Position numbers and translations under genes: made by a program
Shown here: positions 29,901 through 37,507 of the stretch, one piece after another
Numbering within the stretch: the first letter of the stretch is position 1
Layout of the letters: each line of letters opens with the position of its first letter
Origin: an uncultured Spirochaetales bacterium
GTDB taxonomy: Bacteria; Spirochaetota; GWE2-31-10; CAYYKD01
Direction: 5' to 3'
DNA length: 64,000 bases
NCBI GenBank assembly: GCA_964608985.1
Contig: CAZSQU010000002.1
Span: 50,849-114,848, forward strand
Notes under the pieces: generated by a model
Told to the model about the DNA's origin: nothing
The model's input: the letters and a program-made list of their open reading frames with translations, nothing else
Database searches by the model: none

Positions 29901-30067
29901 ATGACCTGTTCCGGCGTTAATTCTCTTTGTGTGAAAAGTTGTGCAGGTGTTGTTTCAGTAGTATCATCAGTTAGTTCTGTTACAGAACTGACATTTGAAT
30001 CCTGAGCGTAGAAAAGATTTGCTGAAATTAATAACATCAACAAAAACAAAGTAATTTTTTTAAACAT
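23942..30067 (-). CDS. giant (~2041 aa) secreted cell-surface protein: signal peptide, N-terminal coiled coil, more than 12 tandem Ig-like domains with recurring A.D.AGN motif, distinct ~300-aa C-terminal domain ending in Phe
   Basis: ATG at 30067 (MFKKITLFLLMLLISANLFYAQD) preferred over the listed 30100: GGAG RBS 5 nt upstream and a clean signal peptide. Repeating ~100-aa units contain VRATDIAGS / LEASAFDISGN / LNAVDSAGK / IDAIDMAGNP / IFAIDAAGNK / VQAFDIYGT / IRAKDNAGSES / VARVTDLAGNVS, typical of bacterial Ig-like domains. The C-terminal region is G/F/Y-rich and ends ...FGLGLRNSLF. Confidence 0.6.
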   Translation of the reverse strand: MFKKITLFLLMLLISANLFYAQDSNVSSVTELTDDTTETTPAQLFTQRELTPEQVIRNEIRDITNQIRAFERELSNTEKEITVTTDRLLFAGPRNPLPEEEMATVRAERSALLLRRVEIRQNIIEKRILMQSKENDLKNLQDDRITVEGTLNWNHQFDLAGKTGPWHIALTAIDNMRNTSFETAVNINIDPKSDIPTLTVINPLPNARVTGNLEIVGTALDNDAIDRVEVIIINESGEEEKFICSGTNFWSYNLTTTNMNDGNHMIKLRAYDNNGLGSQWKNVYGLTKDYTEIPFILDRRSPSITVSSLKSGDIISGNILLEGTASDSNKIRLIEYSIDNRLTFNTIENFTYREKVETAFKYSFSSDVMVDGKQTIWVRATDIAGSQGYFPISVTIDHQPPELEIIFPVDGATESGIFSSFVMARDNVDLTDVKFEIKGIDPALVTIESTESFPFWTFTIDTRRLRSGSYNLEASAFDISGNIITKTIRLNIDQNIDKPVLTLNSFSNNKIVSGVLPVFGTIVDNNGSKETLLTIFNAANQPVYTYTIPSKYNFSAMVDLRDKTIFPDGKYTAELVPVDINDTKGNPVKTIFYIDTQYPVFDMQTIAVWAGKSFGKSIDLPVNINKAGELRSASYSISDISGTEIIRDTQLRFRTTDSLRYTCDNIKIDFVQSRINVNDGIIVIKLNAVDSAGKTSSISVPIVIDKTPPRITAPVIQPRTGMIQNEIVTIEENLLMKEIKLTITPNSAEAETVNTVIEDMEAVFTLKTKTSDNKNIDYNIVIDAIDMAGNPVRSTFRVNFVNSPEPEYTLTFNVVKNDNTVYSPNPILFSGSTFNIDQNSQACFLFLSDNYNSTYGFKINNKTIPFIKTENSNGIYFVNITQENRIAIGSGSFNSSIIDITLNQPTSILTATVNNDYQIPVSKVIWPPANISLNNDFTIYGSVFDDSDTIELQFVDLKNIPATITMSDFEQNYAPNLNQAEKDELFRIYIKDRNNNLNLAQLTSDQLFNSSTLLIKAGILTKTPVALEPSTSIQRYQVPMIDALKRTQNQQLSQFITDNSITVNPNDKIFKIPVSVASLEDGFKRIVLIATDSSGKISYIPYSYIIDKTVPEITADRTVFQFNTASNENTEEEKVTGSVNIKGSAVDTNSISEIVYMFNGQQVVANGKRPYNFIYNLRDLQGINLRSTELINHNIEIFAIDAAGNKTIIQKAITIDPMSDIPQVYINSPSLSGQRFTNVVELGGLATDADGINYVQYRLNKSNGINGEWKRIEVTQGMNWNERIQTNGEMSGKYILEVQAFDIYGTASDIKSTDFHIDLENPTIHVRSPETNQYLKGETVIIGNSSDPNEIQKVQISINNGWSYFDANGSESWNYRFNSATLPDGELRVFIRAKDNAGSESFSFSLFNIDNTAPEIEVLYPRDGSEVGKEINIVGRSRDNIGLKSVEILLVTPTIKRINNQDVEVWVIAPLPGADANGYVSMPIDSLEAWSYKIDTTRWNDADIDKRYNLVARVTDLAGNVSESSINFKINPRADLPVLEIDQPQPNQRLTGDMIEFFGTSRHSAGIESVIVNIAGKEYKAIGTTNWSVSIPAVELPIGDQRITVRALTNPIAGNEQLSAQEFRTFSYDRCGPIVNVTTHLNGRAMEHRPWMEGTAEFFEKDIEFVVKRIIQERKHIEFQNRYRRTPELIPAVEDIEVSKGELIVELNRYRYDNRVVELLLSLDNGSTFETATVFNNIWRVRVQTQNLSDGVHMLQMKARTASGIETIKFFKIYIDRERPEIVIDTPVDSERVFRSVEVRGSSNDNGSVEEVKIALRQFDKDLGKIPQFIQGLYLWSQYDFDFLGGSGMLVSGGLGMSFFDDIVRLEGMFGWRPSRDNMQDLMPGAVTDPTLYPGTGIAKDDPIRNTGYYPYPEEGYNPRFMGFVVGGKLHARILDIPFEFFYGEDAKNFSISVSIGASFLWFSGFGASQREIADIANYNAAVDGKLLAGFMYQIDYFKVERFGILRKFALYFEHALFFVPAEVNAGVVMQFGLGLRNSLF

Positions 30068-30091
30068 AAAATCTCCTGAAAAAATCAAAAT

Positions 30092-30120
30092 ATTAAACAA
30101 TCATAAATTATTGTCGTCAA
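30092..30120 (-). promoter_or_regulatory. putative sigma70 promoter of the giant surface-protein gene (TTGACG - 17 nt - TTTAAT on the minus strand)
   Basis: Reverse complement of 30092-30120 gives TTGACGacaataatttatgattgTTTAAT, ~25 nt upstream of the ATG at 30067. Confidence 0.35.
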
Positions 30121-30151
30121 TACAAGTAAAAAAAACAATCAAAAAAATATT

Positions 30152-30180
30152 TAGTGTTATTTTTTATTAAAATAACACTA
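30152..30180 (-). terminator. rho-independent terminator after the SelB-wing gene (12-bp perfect hairpin)
   Basis: TAGTGTTATTTT-ttat-TAAAATAACACTA is a perfect inverted repeat. On the minus strand it is followed by a T-rich run. This separates the giant gene from the upstream transcript. Confidence 0.55.
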
Positions 30181-30187
30181 AGGCCGG

Positions 30188-30787
30188 TTATAGATTTACA
30201 ATATTTATAAATTCTCGCGTGCCGTTGGGATCAATTCTTCTTGTATATCCCATTCTATCAAAATACTCTACCAACAAAACTGTACTTTCATGTTTAAGTC
30301 CGGTTTTATTCTTGAGTGTGTTAATTGTAATTATATTATCATTTTTCAAAAAATTCAAATAATTTTCAAAAAGATATTTATTTATATAACAATCTTTTTT
30401 AATTTTTAGTATATATTTATCATATTGGAGTTTAACCAGCAGATTATTCAATCCGTATTCATCTAAGCTAATGATTGCCCTTTTAATGGGTACCAAATTT
30501 ATCTTTTTTAACAGGAGAAAATTTTTATTTAAAAATTTTATACATTTGTTTTCAAGCTTATTGTAAGTAGTTTTGTAGTTTTTGGGTAAATAAAATCCAC
30601 GGTAGAATTCAATATCACCGGAATCAACAAGGTTTTCAAGTTTTTTTATTGTGAATTTTATATCTTTTTTAAACTTGATGTGAATTTTTTTGTGGATATC
30701 TTCATCGATAAGTCCAAATGAGTGTAATCCATTAATCTTATTGATTGTATAAATAATACTTTCTTCTATACTGTTCAAAAAAACCAT
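30188..30787 (-). CDS. stand-alone protein made of SelB C-terminal-type winged-helix domains (no GTPase domain)
   Basis: C-terminal TGLKHESTVLLVEYFDRMGYTRRI resembles the SelB WH4 SECIS-binding helix pattern (..R..AI.LLEYLDR.G.TRR). An upstream segment IKRAIISLDEYGLNNLLVKL looks like a second WH unit. Only 199 aa. Confidence 0.4.
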   Translation of the reverse strand: MVFLNSIEESIIYTINKINGLHSFGLIDEDIHKKIHIKFKKDIKFTIKKLENLVDSGDIEFYRGFYLPKNYKTTYNKLENKCIKFLNKNFLLLKKINLVPIKRAIISLDEYGLNNLLVKLQYDKYILKIKKDCYINKYLFENYLNFLKNDNIITINTLKNKTGLKHESTVLLVEYFDRMGYTRRIDPNGTREFINIVNL

Positions 30788-30869
30788 CCGATAGTTTAGT
30801 ATATCTATATAGTATTAAATTTAATGATGTTTATCAATAGAATTAAAAACTTTTTTACGGAGTGAAGAA

Positions 30870-32558
30870 ATGGCATTAAATAAAGAATATTTTAATGAAG
30901 TAATAAATAAGCTTGAAAACTGTGATAGTTTTTTTAAAATAAGTTATATTAACGGTTTTGCATATCTTACTGTATATCCTTCCGTAGGTACCGGTAAAAA
31001 GATATTTGTAGATGATATAACAAAAAGGCTAAATCTTTTACGGGTTAAAAAGGTTAGCCCGCTATTAATTTCTGAAATAATTGAGAAATCTTCGGGTAAA
31101 CCGGTTAAAATTGTAGAATGGCCGGAAGGTAATATTTATCAGCATGAAATAAAAATTATTCTTTCCGATGATCTGATGAGCGGATCTTTATTAATTAAGA
31201 AATCAAAAGGTTGTGAATCACAATTAACCGAGGATGACATTTATGCAGCACTTGCCGATAAAAAAATTATATCAGGTGTAAATGATGAGATAATTAAAGA
31301 GATTATAAAAAACAATAAACTTGATGAAGAGATTGTTGTTGCAAAGGGGCTTTTTCCGGTTAATGGAAGACCTTTACAGATTAAACTATTTTTTAAAACA
31401 GAAAGAGGTAAACCGTTTTTAACTGATAATTTTGATAGAATTAATTTGAAAGAACTGGATTTTATTCAAAATGTGCAGAAAGGTCAGGTGATTGGCGAGA
31501 TTGTTGAAGGTGTCAAAGGGGCTGATGGTTATAATATTATTGGAACGGTATTAAAATCTCAAACAATAAAATCTCAAAATCTTTTATGCGGCAGTAATAC
31601 TATTATGGAAAATGGTAAAATATTATCTTTGATTAATGGGCATGCATCGGTCATTAGCGGAAAGATAACAGTAACTCCGTTGATTGAGCTTGACAATGTT
31701 GATTATTCTACCGGCAATATTTATTTTGATGGAGCTGTATTAATTAAAGGTACGATATTTGATGGATTTATTGTTCAGGCAACCGGTGATATCGAGGTTG
31801 GTAATTTTATCGGTAAGGTTGAGATTAGGTCAGGCGGGAATATTATTCTAAAATCCGGTATAAATGGAAATAATTGTTCGTTAATTGCAGCGGCTAATGA
31901 TATCTTTGCAAAATATATCGAAAATAGTTTAATTGAATCGGGCGGATCATTATACATTGAAGAATTATTTCTTCATTCAAGTGCGGCAGTAAAAGGCAAT
32001 GTGATAATGAAGGGTAAAAGAGCCGAAATAATAGGTGGTACGATTATTGCAGGCGGTTCACTTTGGTGCAAAAAGATCGGTTCGGTAAATGGGGTTAGAA
32101 CGATAGTAGTTGCAGGAATTGATCCGGATGATTACAAGGAACTGCAAAAAATGGAAAAAGAGTTGGGAGAACTTCAGTTGACTCAAAAAGATATTGTAAA
32201 TAAATTAAAATATCTTGAAACTCACAAGGATATTGAAGGATTTACGCCGGAAGAGATTGAAAAAGTTAAAATAAAGCTTTCAATAAATATTAAAAAGAAT
32301 AATTTAACTATTGGCGGTTTATCCGGGGATATTCAAACAGCAAGAAAGAACCTCTTCCCTGAGAACTCAATCGTTGTAATTGAATCTACAATTTATCCCG
32401 GTTCCGTTATTATGTTTGGAAATGAAGAGGTTAGAATTCAGAATGTACCGGTTAATAAAACTATATATAAATACCATTCTAAAACATTAAAAGAATATGG
32501 TTTTAATTATCGGGAATTGCCCGTTATACCGAAGTTAAGTTCGGAAACCACAGATTAG
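30870..32558 (+). CDS. DUF342 / FapA (flagellar assembly protein A)-like protein
   Basis: ~560 aa. Central beta-helix-like repeats (GNIYFDGAVLIKGTIFDGFIVQATGDIEVGNFIGKVEIRSGGNIILKSGINGN), C-terminal coiled coil (KELQKMEKELGELQLTQKDIVNKLKYLE) and a terminal beta segment, as in DUF342 proteins. Confidence 0.5.
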   Translation: MALNKEYFNEVINKLENCDSFFKISYINGFAYLTVYPSVGTGKKIFVDDITKRLNLLRVKKVSPLLISEIIEKSSGKPVKIVEWPEGNIYQHEIKIILSDDLMSGSLLIKKSKGCESQLTEDDIYAALADKKIISGVNDEIIKEIIKNNKLDEEIVVAKGLFPVNGRPLQIKLFFKTERGKPFLTDNFDRINLKELDFIQNVQKGQVIGEIVEGVKGADGYNIIGTVLKSQTIKSQNLLCGSNTIMENGKILSLINGHASVISGKITVTPLIELDNVDYSTGNIYFDGAVLIKGTIFDGFIVQATGDIEVGNFIGKVEIRSGGNIILKSGINGNNCSLIAAANDIFAKYIENSLIESGGSLYIEELFLHSSAAVKGNVIMKGKRAEIIGGTIIAGGSLWCKKIGSVNGVRTIVVAGIDPDDYKELQKMEKELGELQLTQKDIVNKLKYLETHKDIEGFTPEEIEKVKIKLSINIKKNNLTIGGLSGDIQTARKNLFPENSIVVIESTIYPGSVIMFGNEEVRIQNVPVNKTIYKYHSKTLKEYGFNYRELPVIPKLSSETTD

Positions 32559-33728
32559 ACTTTGATCAAATGAATCTTTTATATCTGCATCGCTTGAGGT
32601 TATTATTGAGCCGTATTTGAAACCGGTTTTTGATAATGCATCAAGCCATCCTTTTTTCGATAGCAGTGGTGAATGTTTAATCCTGATATCTGTATCTTCT
32701 GCAAGCCACCATCCGTCTAAAAGGCCGAATGTCAGGGTTGCAAAATCTTGAAGAGTTGTCAGTTCATTTAACAAAAGTATTCCGTTTGTATTAAGAAGTT
32801 TATATATGTTGTTTAATGAAGGAATGATTGATGATGTCGCGTGTATTACATTTGATGCAAGTATTATGTCAAAGTAGCCGGTTTCAAAGCCCTGTTTTTC
32901 AGGGGGATTAGATATATCAAGAACCTTGAATTTTACAAAGTCCCGACCGTTACCGTATTTTTTTTGTCCGTATCTGACAAACCCTTTTGATATATCGGTG
33001 TAGTAATATTCCGTAGATTTTTCGGACATGCTTATTTTGTCAAGAAGAATTTCACTTGTACCGCCGGTACCTGCTCCAATTTCCAGAATTTTTATTTGAT
33101 GATTCTGAGGTTCATCGGAGATAATTTTATTTATTGTGAAGAGTATTGCTTCGTTAAAATAATCTGCCATTTTATTATTTTTAAAGATAAATTCAACATT
33201 TTCCATAGAAAATGCAGGAAATATCACATCTACAGCTTTTATTTTACCTGAAAGTATCTCGATAAGCTTTGATGAGACAAGATTTATTAAGGCGATGTGT
33301 CTTGACATATCTTGATTCTTATTTGTTATCTGAGTTTTGATTAATTCTTTCTTATTTTTGAAATCTTCAGCTCTTTGAAAACTCTCTTGTTTTATAATAA
33401 TATCTTCACCTGATATCAGCAAGTATGATGATCTTTGAAGTATATCAAGAAAAGCATCAAATAATTTTTCATAGACCGGTATGATTGATAGTTCTGCTCT
33501 AAGTTTATCGATTGATAATCTCAATGTCTCTTTTTTAAAGATACCACCCTCAAATAAAGTAAGAAAAAGATTGTTTCTGCCGTATTCTTCGACAGACGCG
33601 AATTCGATCCCCCCTTGTTTAACGGTTTTTTCCTTATTTGAAAGATAATTTTTAATAAATATAATCAAAGACTCACAGTTGTTATCCATTTTTAATTTCC
33701 TTACTTTTATTTGTTTCTTCAATTTCAT
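32535..33728 (-). CDS. class I SAM-dependent methyltransferase (Methyltransf_12 / PKS C-MT-like, LLDGWW motif)
   Basis: ILEIGAGTGGTS motif I, DIILASNVIHAT, LNTNGILLL, FGLLDGWWL. N-terminal ~200-aa non-catalytic region. The first-Met start overlaps the upstream acyltransferase gene by 47 nt, and an alternative start at MDNNCE would reduce the overlap. Confidence 0.6.
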   Translation of the reverse strand: MKLKKQIKVRKLKMDNNCESLIIFIKNYLSNKEKTVKQGGIEFASVEEYGRNNLFLTLFEGGIFKKETLRLSIDKLRAELSIIPVYEKLFDAFLDILQRSSYLLISGEDIIIKQESFQRAEDFKNKKELIKTQITNKNQDMSRHIALINLVSSKLIEILSGKIKAVDVIFPAFSMENVEFIFKNNKMADYFNEAILFTINKIISDEPQNHQIKILEIGAGTGGTSEILLDKISMSEKSTEYYYTDISKGFVRYGQKKYGNGRDFVKFKVLDISNPPEKQGFETGYFDIILASNVIHATSSIIPSLNNIYKLLNTNGILLLNELTTLQDFATLTFGLLDGWWLAEDTDIRIKHSPLLSKKGWLDALSKTGFKYGSIITSSDADIKDSFDQSLICGFRT

Positions 33729-34437
33729 CGTAGAGTTTTTCTATCGATAACTTAAGATGTACCAATGCATCTTTTTCGTTTTCAAAGCTGCTCGGATTAA
33801 ACGGTGTGCCGAATTTAATATAAGCATTTTTATTTACAAGTTTTTTTTCGAACACAAAATGTCCGGTTATACCGTAAATTGCAACAGGGACAATATCTGC
33901 GCCTGATTGCTTAGCTACTTTTATAACCCCTTTTTTTAAAGGACCGACTTTGTATTCATAATAATGGCGGCCTTCAGGAAAGATTACCAGAGAATACTTG
34001 TAAACAGATATCTCCCTTATACATTTTTCAATGGAGTTTTTTTTAGAAATAAGCTGTGTAAAATCCCTGTCAATAGGTATAAGCCCCATTTTCCATGCTA
34101 TAAATCTGAAAAAAGGGTTGTTGTTTCTGTTTGCCATATCCATTAGGACAGTGAATGGCTTTCTCAAGAACAGACCTAATATAATGCTGTCGGCATAACA
34201 TTTATGGACGGGCGCGAATATCATTGGTTTTTCTATTTTAAATAGACTGTCATCGGAAAGATTAATAGCTTTTATCTTTGCCGCCCATAGATATCCTTTG
34301 TTAAAAATGGGGTAATACAGCCTGTATAGCCATCTTCTCGGCATAAAAAGTGTCGGCGTGTAAAAAACAAGCACAAAGATACCAAAAATAATATATCTAA
34401 ATATGAATTCTCTGTTAATCTTAGGTTTTGGGTCCAT
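33682..34437 (-). CDS. lysophospholipid (1-acyl-sn-glycerol-3-phosphate) acyltransferase family protein (PlsC-like)
   Basis: N-terminal TM helix. VHKCYADS (H..x4D acyltransferase motif I) and FPEGRHY (motif III, FPEGTR-like). Confidence 0.6.
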   Translation of the reverse strand: MDPKPKINREFIFRYIIFGIFVLVFYTPTLFMPRRWLYRLYYPIFNKGYLWAAKIKAINLSDDSLFKIEKPMIFAPVHKCYADSIILGLFLRKPFTVLMDMANRNNNPFFRFIAWKMGLIPIDRDFTQLISKKNSIEKCIREISVYKYSLVIFPEGRHYYEYKVGPLKKGVIKVAKQSGADIVPVAIYGITGHFVFEKKLVNKNAYIKFGTPFNPSSFENEKDALVHLKLSIEKLYDEIEETNKSKEIKNG

Positions 34438-34451
34438 AAAAGGCCGATCCG

Positions 34452-34742
34452 TTAAATAAATATTTTTTGTTTTGTTTCGTCAGGGTTTTTTCTGTACTGA
34501 ACAATAATATTCCCGATAATTGTCACTACAATAGAATTTGTTAATGATGCAATTCTATCAGCGATCTCACTTTTTGATTCTTTAAACTGAATCATTTTTA
34601 TTTTTATCAACTCATGTGCTTCAAGTTCATTATTAATACAGCTCACAAGTTCTTCGGTAAGTCCGTTTTTACCGAGATACACTGTTGCAGATATTGTCTG
34701 TGATAGTGATCTCAGTTTGGTTCGTTGTTGTTTAGTAATCAT
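34452..34742 (-). CDS. yhbY: ribosome assembly RNA-binding protein YhbY (CRM domain)
   Basis: ITKQQRTKLRSLSQTISATVYLGKNGLTEELVSCINNELEAHELIKIK matches the YhbY/CRS1 pattern (LT.KQ...LR..AH.L.P.V.IGK.GLTE.V...I..AL..HELIKVK). Confidence 0.75.
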   Translation of the reverse strand: MITKQQRTKLRSLSQTISATVYLGKNGLTEELVSCINNELEAHELIKIKMIQFKESKSEIADRIASLTNSIVVTIIGNIIVQYRKNPDETKQKIFI

Positions 34743-34755
34743 ATTCCGCCTATTT

Positions 34756-36582
34756 TTATTCCCAACCGAATGTCGCCGGTGGTTTATTGGTTATATCATA
34801 AAAAAGAGCGTCAACAAAATCGAGTTTGTAAACCTCTTCGATGATGTCCTGCAAAATTGCTTTGTCAAGTCTTGCAAAACTTGCTGTCATAACATCTTCA
34901 GATACGACCGGTCTTAATACAATTGAACATTTATCTGATGAAGATGCATACGGTAAAGAGATTGACAGGTGTTGAAAAATTTTATTATACCATCCGGTTT
35001 TCCTCAATATATTAATAACTATCGAATCCACTTCTCTTAACATATCAAGTCTCTCTTTGTTACAATAAGACTTAATAAGTTTAAGCGGTGATTTTACAAA
35101 AAGCTCAAGAACCGTTCGATTAACATCCTTTATATTATTTGTTAAATATGATGAAACAGAATTTAGTATTTCCCAGTCAGGTAAATTTTCTTTAATGTTA
35201 TCAACAGCAATTACTATCGGGAAAGAGTATGTTCTAAAATCACCCTGAACCCCTACGGATTTAACGGGAAGCGGATATGAAAGGATACTGGTCCCTTTAA
35301 AAAATTTCTGAGGCGCCAGCTCGTCAAGTCTTTCTCTGATTGAATGAATTTTCGCTTCTTCATTAAATTCACCATTAGAACAGAGAACATTAATTGACAG
35401 GCCAGGTCCCGGAAACGGATGACGGTAAACCAGTTCATCTGCCAATCCAAGCTGTTTGCCGATAACGCGGACTTCGTCTTTGTATAGATCTTTAAGCGGT
35501 TCAATTACTAAACCGCGGTCAATCAATCGTTGGATTTCATCAACACGATTGTGATGTGTTTTTATTACATGTGAATTTTTTGTGCCGCCGGATTCTATAA
35601 TATCCGGATAAAGTGTTCCTTGAGCAAGCAGCCATTGATCGGGGGCAAGGTTAAGTTTAGTTAAAACCCGCTCTCTTACCCTTAAGAAAGCATCACCAAC
35701 CGCTTTTCTTTTTTCTTGGGGATCAATTAATCCTTTTAAAGCTTCTAAAAAGAAATCGGAAGCATCTTCAATAATAAAATTATCATATTCAGCATCTTTA
35801 TATCTTTTTTCTATACGGTCTGTTTCATTTTTTCGCATAAATCCGTTATTTATATATAAGCCGAGAACTTTTTCCTTGCCGAGGGCTTCATTCAAAAGAG
35901 CAAATGCAACCGATGAATCAACTCCCCCCGATAAAAAAAGAAGAACATTTTTATTGCCGGCTTCTTTGATAATGTTGTTTTTTAACATATCAAGAACCAT
36001 ATCATTTTTCCAGTTTTTTGGCATATTACAATATCTTGCAAAATTATCAAAAATCTTATCCCCGATAGGGGTGTCTTTGACTTCTGCATGAAATTGGAAA
36101 CCGAATCTCATAAGGTCATTTGATTGGTAAGATGCAATCTTGCAGTCTTTTGTTGTACCGGTTATAGAATAATCCTCCGGCAGTGAAACAACCTCATCGG
36201 AATGGCTCATCCATACCTGTGTAGGAAATTTAATATTTTGTGTTAATTCCGAGTCAGGCAGTGCATTATATTCAGCAAATCCGAATTCTCCTATTTTTGC
36301 TTTCTCGACCTTTCCTCCGTTGATATAAGCTAAAAGCTGGTGGCCGTAGCATAGTCCCAATATCGGTATGTTTAATGAAACAATATCTTCATTAAAATCC
36401 GGCTTTTCTTTACCATAAACCGAAGCTGGTCCTCCTGAGAATATAATACCTTTTGCGTCTTCAAAAGAATTTGTTTTAGCGGTAGGAAGTTCTATCTCAG
36501 AATAATACCCGAGTGCTCTGAATCTTTTTGCGATAAGGTGTGCATATTGTCCGCCAAAATCTAAAACGACCAGTCTATCCAT
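34756..36582 (-). CDS. guaA: GMP synthase [glutamine-hydrolyzing] (long form)
   Basis: Class I glutamine amidotransferase (GLCYGHQLL), PP-loop SGGVDSSV, C-terminal KPPATFGWE. Start moved to MDRLVVLDFGGQY at 36582, which abuts the mazG stop. The listed 36714 start would overlap mazG by 130 nt. Confidence 0.85.
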   Translation of the reverse strand: MDRLVVLDFGGQYAHLIAKRFRALGYYSEIELPTAKTNSFEDAKGIIFSGGPASVYGKEKPDFNEDIVSLNIPILGLCYGHQLLAYINGGKVEKAKIGEFGFAEYNALPDSELTQNIKFPTQVWMSHSDEVVSLPEDYSITGTTKDCKIASYQSNDLMRFGFQFHAEVKDTPIGDKIFDNFARYCNMPKNWKNDMVLDMLKNNIIKEAGNKNVLLFLSGGVDSSVAFALLNEALGKEKVLGLYINNGFMRKNETDRIEKRYKDAEYDNFIIEDASDFFLEALKGLIDPQEKRKAVGDAFLRVRERVLTKLNLAPDQWLLAQGTLYPDIIESGGTKNSHVIKTHHNRVDEIQRLIDRGLVIEPLKDLYKDEVRVIGKQLGLADELVYRHPFPGPGLSINVLCSNGEFNEEAKIHSIRERLDELAPQKFFKGTSILSYPLPVKSVGVQGDFRTYSFPIVIAVDNIKENLPDWEILNSVSSYLTNNIKDVNRTVLELFVKSPLKLIKSYCNKERLDMLREVDSIVINILRKTGWYNKIFQHLSISLPYASSSDKCSIVLRPVVSEDVMTASFARLDKAILQDIIEEVYKLDFVDALFYDITNKPPATFGWE

Positions 36583-36583
36583 T

Positions 36584-37372
36584 TTATTCCATCCTGTCAC
36601 TTTCGGTTGTCTTTGATTTTTCCCATATTTCGTCAAGTTCGTCAAGTGATAAATCTTCGAAATTAAGCCCGTTTTTTTCAAGTTGATCTTCAATAAATCT
36701 GAATCTTCGCTCAAATTTTGTATTGGTTCTAGTCAGTGCTGCGTCTGATCTGATATCAAAAAATCTTGCAAGATTCACACAAGAAAAGATCAGATCACCG
36801 ACTTCAGATTCTATTAATTCATTATTTCCGCTCTGAATTGCTTTTTTAAGTTCATCTGTTTCTTCTTCAATTTTATCGAGCGGGCCTTTATAATCCTTCC
36901 ATTCAAACCCTGCTTTAGATGCTGCCTTCTGCAATTTATATGCACGAAGCAGCGGAGGAAAATTTATCGGAACCTTATCCAAGTGCGATTTATGAAGCTT
37001 ATAGTTTTTTTCTTTAGACTTTACTTCATTCCACAATGTAACAACCTCGTTAGGTGTATCTGCCGTGGAGTCACTAAAAACATGGGGGTGTCGTGAGATC
37101 ATTTTTTTATTGATATCTTTAACTACATCTTCTATCGTAAAAAGGCCGGATTCGGATGCAATTTGTGAATGTAATACAATCTGTAATAAAAGGTCGCCAA
37201 GTTCTTCTTTAAGGTCTTTTGAGTCCTCACGAATGATAGAATCTGCAACTTCAAAAACCTCTTCAAGAAGGTATGGAAGCAATGACTGTGTAGTTTGCTC
37301 TCTATCCCAAGGGCAACCTTCAGGTGAGCGTAGTTTTGCTATGGTATCAACAAAATCAGAAAAATTCTTCAT
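36584..37372 (-). CDS. mazG: nucleoside triphosphate pyrophosphohydrolase MazG
   Basis: RSPEGCPWDREQT...EE.FE..D.I tandem MazG EExxE motifs. ~260 aa. Confidence 0.8.
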   Translation of the reverse strand: MKNFSDFVDTIAKLRSPEGCPWDREQTTQSLLPYLLEEVFEVADSIIREDSKDLKEELGDLLLQIVLHSQIASESGLFTIEDVVKDINKKMISRHPHVFSDSTADTPNEVVTLWNEVKSKEKNYKLHKSHLDKVPINFPPLLRAYKLQKAASKAGFEWKDYKGPLDKIEEETDELKKAIQSGNNELIESEVGDLIFSCVNLARFFDIRSDAALTRTNTKFERRFRFIEDQLEKNGLNFEDLSLDELDEIWEKSKTTESDRME

Positions 37373-37391
37373 ATTATTTCCATAAGGATAT

Positions 37392-37422
37392 TAAAAAAGC
37401 GATCTGCAAAGATCGCTTTTTT
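37392..37422 (-). terminator. rho-independent terminator immediately 3' of tRNA-Val
   Basis: AAGCGATCT-gca-AGATCGCTT 9-bp stem with flanking A/T runs. Lies only 20 nt from the mazG start codon. Confidence 0.6.
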
Positions 37423-37495
37423 TGGAAAGTACAGGGATCGAACCTGTGACATTCTGCTTGTAAGGCAGACGCTCTCCCAGCTGAGCTAACTCTCC
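37423..37495 (-). tRNA. tRNA-Val (anticodon UAC)
   Basis: Minus-strand reading GGAGAGTTAGCTCAGCTGGGAGAGCGTCTGCCTTACAAGCAGAATGTCACAGGTTCGATCCCTGTACTTTCCA. Anticodon loop CTTACAA, T-loop GGTTCGATCC, discriminator A, CCA not encoded. Confidence 0.85.
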
Positions 37496-37507
37496 GAAGT
37501 TGTTCAA

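Noticed and set aside
23942-30100. Seven antisense ORFs of 60-100 aa inside the giant surface-protein gene and the listed upstream start at 30100
   Set aside because: The antisense ORFs lack RBSs, are hydrophobic or low-complexity, and fall within a continuous 2041-codon frame with consistent domain structure. The ATG at 30067 has the RBS and signal peptide.
34756-36714. N-terminal 44-aa extension of GMP synthase overlapping mazG by 130 nt
   Set aside because: The glutamine amidotransferase domain begins at MDRLVVLDFGG. That Met abuts the mazG stop, and the extension has no homology.
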